Source: a bacterium
GTDB lineage: Bacteria; Zhuqueibacterota; Zhuqueibacteria; Residuimicrobiales; Krinioviventaceae
DNA length: 64,000 nucleotides
Direction: 5' to 3'
NCBI GenBank assembly: GCA_963674595.2
Contig: CAXXFV010000016.1
Span: 544,001 to 608,000, forward strand
The notes beneath the pieces were generated by a model. The model was not told the origin of the DNA, searched no databases, and was given only the letters and a program-made list of their open reading frames with translations. The translations under genes were made by a program, and so were the position numbers. Numbering within the stretch: position 1 is the first letter of the stretch; every line of letters begins with the position of its first letter. Of this stretch, positions 56,713 through 64,000 are shown piece after piece.

Positions 56713-57744
56713 ATGCGAGAACAAAAATATAAATATAGAATTAATGTTTATCAGGAAGTGCGGTTGCTTGTAAAAACTTGTCTTATGCAAACTTATACCC
56801 GGCATAATCAAGGTAATAAACCAAACGCATTCGTTTTTTCAACCCCGCGAAGCGGGTCAACATGGCTTATGGAAATGATTTTAACGCAGCCTGGTTTCCG
56901 TTATTGTGATGAGCCGTTTAACATTCGAACCTATGCCGTACGCAAATGGCTGGGTTCAAGTCGGTGGCAGGAATTTTGCAACAATGAAGATTTTGACAAG
57001 GTTGAAAAATATTTTCAACGTTTTATGCAGAATAAACCTTGTCATGCAAAGCTAAAACATGTTCTGCCGTTTAGTGATTTTTATCAAAAGTGCACGGACC
57101 GTACAGTTTTTAAAATATTGCATGCCGGTGAAGACCAGTTTAACTGGTTTGCTGAAAATTTTAATGGAATTGTTTTCTTTTTAATCAGGCACCCGATCCC
57201 GGTAAGTTTATCCAGAAAATTTTTACCGCGGCTGCCGATGTTAGTCAATAGTATGAAAAAAAACATTTATACAGAAGAACAAATTCGATTTGCCCAACAA
57301 ATTTTAGAAAGCGGCAGCAAACTTGAAAAGGGTGTTTTGGATTGGTGTTTACAAAATTACGAACCGTTAAAAAATTTTCATGAGGATTGGTGTTTAATTA
57401 CTTATGAACAATTGTTAGTGGATCCGCTGCCCGCTATATCTGTTTTAACAGAAAAGTTACAACTGCCCTATGCGGATAAAATGAAACAATATCTGAATCG
57501 CCCGTCATCTACAACCTGGCAGTCTGATTCTGCAACAAAATCTGCCTTTAATAAGGACGGTTCGAAAAACTGGTTGCTGGAAAAATGGCGAAAAAAAATT
57601 GATCATGAAACCGAAACAACGTTGATGAATATTTTAAATGTTTTCGGGATCGATATTTATTCAATAAATAATGTTCTGCCCAATAAACGCTACTGGATAT
57701 CTGAAACCGACAATGTTCTCGTCAGAACAGGAATGTTAAATTGA
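56713..57744 (+). CDS. Sulfotransferase
   Basis: 5'-PSB loop PRSGSTWL, EPF, 3'-PB IRHP...SLS, and YEQL motifs. Confidence 0.85.
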   Translation: MREQKYKYRINVYQEVRLLVKTCLMQTYTRHNQGNKPNAFVFSTPRSGSTWLMEMILTQPGFRYCDEPFNIRTYAVRKWLGSSRWQEFCNNEDFDKVEKYFQRFMQNKPCHAKLKHVLPFSDFYQKCTDRTVFKILHAGEDQFNWFAENFNGIVFFLIRHPIPVSLSRKFLPRLPMLVNSMKKNIYTEEQIRFAQQILESGSKLEKGVLDWCLQNYEPLKNFHEDWCLITYEQLLVDPLPAISVLTEKLQLPYADKMKQYLNRPSSTTWQSDSATKSAFNKDGSKNWLLEKWRKKIDHETETTLMNILNVFGIDIYSINNVLPNKRYWISETDNVLVRTGMLN

Positions 57745-59102
57745 AAGATGCGCTTTTAAAATTTTATATTAATCTGAGAAACAATGATAAAAAAATCCTG
57801 TTTCTTTTTCTGGCGGTTGCCTTTGTTGTCCGCCTTGTTTTTATTTTAATTCTTGATCCACACGGTTATTATCTGAGCGATGCCAGGCATTATGATAATG
57901 CGGCAAAGAGTATCCTTGCAGGGGAAGGATGGGGAGAAAAGTATTATCGGTCTCCATTATATCCTTTGGTTATGGCGTTTGTCTATTTTATCTCGGGCCC
58001 TTCATTTGTCAATATGCGTCTTTTTGACGGTGTATTGAGTGTTTTAATTTGTCTTTTTGTTTTTTTAATAGCCAAACATGTATTTAATAAAAAAATTGCT
58101 TTCATTGCCACAGCAATTGCGGCTGTTTTTCCTCATTTTATTGCGTTGACCGGCATTTTGTATTCCACGAATTTATTTACATTGTTGTTGGCTGTTTCAT
58201 GTTATTTTGCTCTCAAAAGTGATACTGCTCTTAAAGTTAAATATGTTGTACTCAGTGCCATTTTTGCAGGATTGGCAGCCCTCACAATTCCATCAATACT
58301 TTTTATTCTACCTTTTTGGATGGTCTTTTTAGTTTTTGCCCGAAAATCACAAATCGTTAAAAGAATTGGTTTCGTTTCTCTCTATATTTTAGTTTTTATG
58401 GCCGTACTGACCCCATGGACAATACGAAATTATCATAAATACGACAGACTTGTTTTGGTCCGCCCTTTACCTAACCGCGTTTTACCTGATTTTAATAGTG
58501 AAAGTGTACAAAACCACAAAGTTGAGAGTGGTTTTAAAGAGGTTTCCGATTATTTGCGGGAGCATCCGAACGGTACAAAAGATGACCAAGTTTCAAACAC
58601 AGTTTTACATTATTTAAAGCACCCTGTTTCTGCCTTTCAGTTTACACTTAAAGAATCAATCCATTTTTGGGCGCTTTACCCGGATCGTTTAAATACAATG
58701 CGCCCGGAATATCGTGAAGCGATTCAGGCTAAGGATAATCGGATGGTCCGTGATGGCGATTTTATATGGAAGTCTGTCAAGATCGTTAGTATCATCGTTA
58801 TGTTGCCGGTTTTTTTATTGGCATTAACCGGGTTATTTTTTGGGAATATCTTTACCCGAAAAACACTTTTTTTGCTCTTGACTATTTTTCCATTTTCAAT
58901 CGGCTATTCCATGATTTATGCCGAAGTACGGTACCGTATTCCCGTTGAACCTTATATACTCATATTTACTGCTGTTGGAATTTATCATTTGTTTTTGTTT
59001 ATAAAATCAAAATATAAAAAAAAACGTATAAATGACGAAATAGCTGTCTCAATCTCTGATACTTTAAGATCACCAGTCACCTCTGAAAAATTAGATTCAT
59101 AA
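57741..59102 (+). CDS. GT-C membrane glycosyltransferase (ArnT/PMT-like)
   Basis: D..HY...A, RSPLYP, PWTIRNY and RYRIP motifs; many TM. Confidence 0.82.
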   Translation: MKDALLKFYINLRNNDKKILFLFLAVAFVVRLVFILILDPHGYYLSDARHYDNAAKSILAGEGWGEKYYRSPLYPLVMAFVYFISGPSFVNMRLFDGVLSVLICLFVFLIAKHVFNKKIAFIATAIAAVFPHFIALTGILYSTNLFTLLLAVSCYFALKSDTALKVKYVVLSAIFAGLAALTIPSILFILPFWMVFLVFARKSQIVKRIGFVSLYILVFMAVLTPWTIRNYHKYDRLVLVRPLPNRVLPDFNSESVQNHKVESGFKEVSDYLREHPNGTKDDQVSNTVLHYLKHPVSAFQFTLKESIHFWALYPDRLNTMRPEYREAIQAKDNRMVRDGDFIWKSVKIVSIIVMLPVFLLALTGLFFGNIFTRKTLFLLLTIFPFSIGYSMIYAEVRYRIPVEPYILIFTAVGIYHLFLFIKSKYKKKRINDEIAVSISDTLRSPVTSEKLDS

Positions 59103-59104
59103 TT

Positions 59105-60589
59105 ATGTATAATACTCTTGCAAAAAAACGCACGCCCGCACAAATTGTTTTGTTTTTATTGTTCGGTCTGGTATTGGGAATTTCTGTTGCCGGAGTTTCT
59201 AATTTATCGAATCGGGGGCTGATTGTCGCTTTGATAGGTTTATCATTTCCTTTTATTGCATTAATAATAGGTGATATCAGACGCGTTCTCATGTCGGCAA
59301 TAGTGTTCACAATTCCTATCCGAATTGATATTAATGTAATGAACAAATTTGAAAATCAAGCCGGTGCGTCGACTTTGGGGATTTCTCTGACAGACATTAT
59401 TCTGATTGTATTGTTAATATGGTGGCTTATCGAAGTTGTGTCTAATGACAATATTCGAATTCGTTATTTTGCCAGGATCATTGTTCCTGCTATTTTATAT
59501 CTGGAAGCATGTATGTTGACGCTTTTGTGGGCGCCGCGTATGGACCTGGCATCTATGGAACTGGTACAGATGGCCAAAGTGCTGTTATTATTTTTCGTTT
59601 TAGCCAATCAGATACGTAACCAAAGTGATTTGAAATTGATTATATGGGCATTTGTGCTGACCGTCGGTTTTGAGTCTTTAATTGCTGTGCTGCAAACGGC
59701 TACCGGACATTCATTGTCATTGGGCTTTTTAGGAGAAGCAGAGAAAAACGCCCAGGCTGCCGGTAGATTATGGAGAGTCGGCGGAACTTTGGGGCATCCC
59801 AACAGGCTTGCCATGTTTTTGGAATTGCTGCTTCCGTTATGTTTGGGCCTTGTGTTTTGGGAAAATTTGAAATGGAAAAAATTGATAGCCTTTGCCGTTT
59901 TTGGCATGGGAGTCATTTCATTAATATCAACCGGTTCACGAGGTGGGTGGATCGGCTTAATGTTTTCTATGGTTATCCTTTTTTATTATCTCATTGTTAC
60001 TAAAAGAGTTCAAACCCGTTCTATTATTGGGCCTGTTTTAATTTCTGTTATAATACTATCCGTTATTGGTTATTATTCATCGGAAATGATTGAACGACGT
60101 CTTACCGGAGATGATTACGGCTCTGCGGAAAGCCGAATTCCCATGTTTAAGACCGCTTTTGCTTTGATTGCCGATAAACCTGTGGGTGGAGTCGGTATTA
60201 ATAATTATCAGGTAGTAATGAAAAAATACAACACTGCTGTTGAAAGTCTTCGTTACAAGTCAATCGACCGGCCTGTACATAATATGTATTTATTAATCCT
60301 CGGAGAAAGTGGTTTTATCGGCTTTATTACATTTGGTATTTTAACCATCTATCTATTTTTTATTGTAATCAAGGCAATAAGGAGTCCTAATAAAATAGTT
60401 TCGATTGTATCCATGTGTTTGTATGGCGGTTTTTTTGCGTTTTATCTTCATGGCCTTGTTGATAAACACCCGCCAGGTGGTTATTCATTGTTTTATGCTA
60501 TGATGGCAATAGCTGCTTCAGGATACTATTTTGACGATAAATCGAATGATACTGATTCTTTACTAAATGATAATTTGAATTTGAATTAA
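59105..60589 (+). CDS. O-antigen ligase/polymerase family protein (probable Wzy)
   Basis: RVGGTLGHPN, TGSRGG, GVGINNY and VHNMYL..LGESG motifs. Confidence 0.88.
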   Translation: MYNTLAKKRTPAQIVLFLLFGLVLGISVAGVSNLSNRGLIVALIGLSFPFIALIIGDIRRVLMSAIVFTIPIRIDINVMNKFENQAGASTLGISLTDIILIVLLIWWLIEVVSNDNIRIRYFARIIVPAILYLEACMLTLLWAPRMDLASMELVQMAKVLLLFFVLANQIRNQSDLKLIIWAFVLTVGFESLIAVLQTATGHSLSLGFLGEAEKNAQAAGRLWRVGGTLGHPNRLAMFLELLLPLCLGLVFWENLKWKKLIAFAVFGMGVISLISTGSRGGWIGLMFSMVILFYYLIVTKRVQTRSIIGPVLISVIILSVIGYYSSEMIERRLTGDDYGSAESRIPMFKTAFALIADKPVGGVGINNYQVVMKKYNTAVESLRYKSIDRPVHNMYLLILGESGFIGFITFGILTIYLFFIVIKAIRSPNKIVSIVSMCLYGGFFAFYLHGLVDKHPPGGYSLFYAMMAIAASGYYFDDKSNDTDSLLNDNLNLN

Positions 60590-60613
60590 ATAAAACTAAA
60601 CTGAAAGTCTTGT

Positions 60614-61810
60614 ATGCTCAGAAATATGGCTTTTAAAATCGGGAGTGTTTCTTTTATTTTTGCACTTGTTATGGTGCTGGCAATGCTTTCGAACATTATT
60701 TTGGGTAATGTTCTAAGTCAGGAAGATTTCGGTCACTTTCATCTTATACGGACAATTATTCTTTTTATCGCGCCTTTAGCAATCTGGGGGCAAAGTATTG
60801 CGGCGGCACGTTATTTTAGTCAAAATGATATAAGCCAATTCCGATGGGGAAAAGCCTTTATAAAAATTATGCTGGTCGTTATGGTTTTGGTCATACTGAG
60901 TGTTATCATTGTTCATTTTGTATATCATCTTTCTTTACCCTATTTAGTAAGTATTGGTTTTGCGATTTTTGCAACCTGTGGTACATTGTTTTTGTCCAAT
61001 GTTGTTCGAAGCCAGCAACGTTATTCTCAAGCCATATTAATGTTTAGCGGTTTCCGGATTTTATTCTTTTTATTACTGGTTGTTATATATTTTTATACAA
61101 AGCTGACAACGGCTTCTGCCGTATTTGCCTTTATTGCTGTTATTGTTTTAATGATGATTTTTAATCTTATTTTTACCTTTAAAACAGTACCTCGTGGAAA
61201 TACGGACGTCCCCAATGAAATGCACACCACAGGACTTTTGTTAATGGGAATTGATGCATCCGTAGACCTTTTTGCATCTCTTGACAGTTTGGTGATACCT
61301 AAAATTCTTGGTTTAGAAGCATTGGGGCTTTATGCCGCTACTATGGTTCCAACCCAGATTTTTAAAGTCCTTAATAAATCTTCAAAATACGTTTGGGTCC
61401 CAGAGTTCGGCAGAAATGGAAATATCCGGTTTAAAAAATTAAATGCTGCCGTAGCCCTTGTAGCTGCTTTTCTTGTGATCAGCCTCGCTGCTTTTGCTCA
61501 TCCGATTTTGGATTTGCTATACCATGGTAAATATAATGAGGGTGTTCCGCTTTTCAGAGTTCTTGTCATTGTAGGTGCATTACGGTTATTTTATAGCCTG
61601 GGTTCAAGTGTGGTTATGGGGAAATTGGGAAAAGAAGCCTTGAAATATCATTTGGGCTTTACGTTATTTACAGTGGCTTTATATGCTTTTTTACTTGTTA
61701 CTTTTTTACGAACGTTTGGTCTCATGGGTGCCGGATATGCTTTGGTTATAATAACAATAGTTAGAGTTCTGACAACTTATTATGTAATTTATCTGTTTAG
61801 AAATAAATAA
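60614..61810 (+). CDS. Oligosaccharide flippase (Wzx-like)
   Basis: LSQEDFG, ALGLYAA and FGLMGAG motifs; about 12 TM; locus context. Confidence 0.8.
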   Translation: MLRNMAFKIGSVSFIFALVMVLAMLSNIILGNVLSQEDFGHFHLIRTIILFIAPLAIWGQSIAAARYFSQNDISQFRWGKAFIKIMLVVMVLVILSVIIVHFVYHLSLPYLVSIGFAIFATCGTLFLSNVVRSQQRYSQAILMFSGFRILFFLLLVVIYFYTKLTTASAVFAFIAVIVLMMIFNLIFTFKTVPRGNTDVPNEMHTTGLLLMGIDASVDLFASLDSLVIPKILGLEALGLYAATMVPTQIFKVLNKSSKYVWVPEFGRNGNIRFKKLNAAVALVAAFLVISLAAFAHPILDLLYHGKYNEGVPLFRVLVIVGALRLFYSLGSSVVMGKLGKEALKYHLGFTLFTVALYAFLLVTFLRTFGLMGAGYALVIITIVRVLTTYYVIYLFRNK

Positions 61811-61812
61811 AA

Positions 61813-63033
61813 ATGGCAAAACGTTTATATTATTTCACAAATGAAAGAGTTCCCAGTCAATCGGCATGCACCATACAACAAATGAACATGTGTGAGGCCT
61901 TTGCTGACTGCGGATATGACGTTACGTTTGTTCGGCCATTTTATTTGGAATTAGCTAAAAGTAAAACCTCTGATATATTTGAATACTATCAGGTAAAACA
62001 AAATTTTAAAATTCGTACGCTTTTTACCTTGCTAAGTTTAAGCAAGCCAAGACGGACCATGATGAACAGGGGCAAAGTTAAACTGGCCTTTATCGGCGGA
62101 TTGTCGATGGTGATTGTTACCTGGTGTTATGCTTTTCTTTTGTTGTTAAAAGGTTCGTTGAATAGCGATACCATTATTTTTTCACGTAACCTGAATGCCG
62201 CTCTGGTTTTTTTGAAATTCCGTCGGGTTTTTAAAAGAGCATCGTGTAAGGTGATTTTTGAAGCGCACTCGTTGTCACAACCACGAAGGCAATCTTTTTT
62301 TACACAGGTTTTACAACAGGCTGATGTAATTGTGGCCATTACAGAAACCTTAAAGAATGCGATAGTTGAAAAGTATACTATTCAACCTGTTAAGGTCATT
62401 GTACAACCGGATGGGATAAACGCGCAACGGGTGCAGCATGTTGTTCACAAACAAAATGCCCGTAATAAAATTAATATTCCTTATCCCTATGAAAACCTGA
62501 TTGTATACACCGGGCAAATTATTGCAGGAAAAGGTGTTAAGGTTTTTATCAAGGCTGCATCGTATTTTGATGAAAGGACAATATTTGTTGTTGTTGGAGG
62601 TACTCCGCAAAGCATAGATGAAATTAAATTAAAAACAGATGCTGATAAATTGCACAACCTGTTTTTTACCGGATTTGTTTTGCCGGCTGATGTTGTTTAT
62701 TATCAGGCTGCGGCTGATGTGCTTGTGCTTCCGAACACACAGTCCGGTTTCATTCATGAATATACATCACCTTTAAAGCTTTTTGAATATATGGCTTCAA
62801 AGAGGCCGATCGTTGCCAGCAATTTACCGGTTTTTCATGAAATTTTGCAGCACGAAAAAAATGCATTATTGGTTGAACCCGGAAATGAAATTGAATTGGC
62901 AAATTCTGTAAAACAGCTATTATCTGATTCCGAACTCGGATATAAGCTATGTAAAAATGCATTTGAAAAAGTGTCTGACTATACTTGGGAAAAACGGGCC
63001 TTAAAAATTTCAGAGTTTGTAGAGTCCTTATAG
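61813..63033 (+). CDS. GT4 glycosyltransferase
   Basis: FEAH, YTG...GKGV, SPLKLFEYMAS.RPIVAS and YTWEKRA motifs. Confidence 0.92.
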   Translation: MAKRLYYFTNERVPSQSACTIQQMNMCEAFADCGYDVTFVRPFYLELAKSKTSDIFEYYQVKQNFKIRTLFTLLSLSKPRRTMMNRGKVKLAFIGGLSMVIVTWCYAFLLLLKGSLNSDTIIFSRNLNAALVFLKFRRVFKRASCKVIFEAHSLSQPRRQSFFTQVLQQADVIVAITETLKNAIVEKYTIQPVKVIVQPDGINAQRVQHVVHKQNARNKINIPYPYENLIVYTGQIIAGKGVKVFIKAASYFDERTIFVVVGGTPQSIDEIKLKTDADKLHNLFFTGFVLPADVVYYQAAADVLVLPNTQSGFIHEYTSPLKLFEYMASKRPIVASNLPVFHEILQHEKNALLVEPGNEIELANSVKQLLSDSELGYKLCKNAFEKVSDYTWEKRALKISEFVESL

Positions 63034-63094
63034 TTATATATTTTATTTAAAAAAATGTTGGATAATTTAATGATTTATCTTATATAAATATGAT

Positions 63095-64000
63095 ATGGAA
63101 AAACCGAAAAACATACTTTTAATTACAATAGACAGTTTGCGATATGATCATTTATCGGCATATGGCTATGATAAAGAAACAACGCCGAATTTGGATATGC
63201 TCGCCGCTGATGGAACGCTATTTGAAAATGTCATTGCGCCGGCTAACTGGACCGGTGCGGCTATCGCTTCCATTTTAACCGGACTTTATCCAACCAGTCA
63301 CGGATATACGAATCTACGATATTTTCTTGATAATGAAATTAAAACATTACCGGGTATTCTTCAGGAAAACAATTACAAAACCGTATGTTTTTCCAACAAT
63401 ATGTACATTAGTTCCAGGACCGGACTGGCACAGGGTTTTGATCAGTTTTTCTATCAGGGGGGACTTGATGCAGACCGTAAAAGCAATCCTAAAAAATCGT
63501 ATCATTCTCTAACTGCTCAAGTGAAAAAAATGCTGCCGCACCGTTTAAAATCTCATTTGCGGGATGTTATTGATTCCACCAATATTCAAAAAAGTTTAAA
63601 ACGGGACGACGGTGCCTGTAAAACAGAAAAAGCCTTTAAAAAGTGGCACACTGCTCAAAACAATGACAATACTCCTTTTTTTGCTTATATCCATTACCAG
63701 GAACCCCATTCGATTTATTTTCCGCCCAGGCCATATCGAAAACGTTTTTTCAGCGGTTCATGGTTAAAAGAAAGTTCTTATTTAAAATTTGACCATATCG
63801 GATATTATGCCGGACAAGTTGATTTCTCTGAACAAGACATACAGCATTATCAGGAATTATATGACGGGGAAATTGCTTATCTTGACTGGCGGATTGGCAG
63901 ACTGTTTGATTATTTAAAAGAACAGAATATTTTTGACAACACCCTTATTATTGTTACTGCGGACCACGGTGAATTGTTTGGCGAGAATGGTTATCTGTGG
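63095..64000 (+). CDS. Sulfatase-like hydrolase/transferase, partial (not in the ORF track because no stop lies within the window)
   Basis: My translation gives MEKPKNILLITIDSLRYDHLSAYGY..TTPNLD..NWTGAAIASILTGLYP..HG; HYQEPH, YDGEIAYLD and TADHGE motifs. Confidence 0.88.
   Translation, partial: MEKPKNILLITIDSLRYDHLSAYGYDKETTPNLDMLAADGTLFENVIAPANWTGAAIASILTGLYPTSHGYTNLRYFLDNEIKTLPGILQENNYKTVCFSNNMYISSRTGLAQGFDQFFYQGGLDADRKSNPKKSYHSLTAQVKKMLPHRLKSHLRDVIDSTNIQKSLKRDDGACKTEKAFKKWHTAQNNDNTPFFAYIHYQEPHSIYFPPRPYRKRFFSGSWLKESSYLKFDHIGYYAGQVDFSEQDIQHYQELYDGEIAYLDWRIGRLFDYLKEQNIFDNTLIIVTADHGELFGENGYLW

Noticed and set aside
4377-63512. Numerous 60-170 aa antisense or alternate-frame ORFs overlapping the called genes
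   Set aside because: They are shadow ORFs of well-supported genes and have no recognisable motifs.
1-64000. Genome-wide TAG reassignment or selenocysteine recoding
   Set aside because: Several complete genes end at TAG or TGA at the expected family C-terminus; only one in-frame TAG was found, and the redox proteins have ordinary Cys codons.

Overview
AT-rich bacterial chromosomal window. Two proteins end in YPNPFN/FlgD-Ig-type secretion tails, there is a GWxTD-like TPR protein, and sigma70-type promoters and Shine-Dalgarno sites are present. This suggests a non-Bacteroidota FCB-related lineage such as KSB1 or Calditrichota (inference only). Layout: (1) 1-3.2 kb: a radical SAM gene with an in-frame TAG, a frameshifted HEXXH peptidase and cbiB. 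(2) 3.27-3.94 kb: a nested tandem array of two GTAG-capped REP-like hairpins. (3) 4.2-11.8 kb: a ~2540-aa secreted protein with eight GEVED repeats, split by one frameshift. (4) 11.9-20.2 kb: AraC/GyrI regulator, TrmO-like protein, secreted proteins, permease, GWxTD-TPR protein and GATase. (5) 20.3-27.4 kb: a very AT-rich island. It holds an IS3 element (4-bp TSD) inside an FAD-oxidoreductase gene, and a REP-associated HUH tyrosine transposase (RAYT) that carries the same REP pair in-frame. Three partial RAYT copies bracket an ABC-transporter cassette. (6) 27.9-42.1 kb: housekeeping and redox genes (proBA, AKR, NUDIX, SLC13, 5'-nucleotidase, M48, peroxiredoxin, ferritin-like). (7) 42.3-45.9 kb: a phosphoesterase-MglB-MglA-roadblock-MFS cluster. 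(8) 46.3-64 kb: a Wzx/Wzy-type polysaccharide locus with carbamoyltransferase, sulfotransferase, sulfatase-like and GT-C tailoring genes, running off the window end. The most striking signal is the RAYT/REP system. No rRNA, tRNA or CRISPR array was recognised. All calls come from reading motifs; no database search was run.
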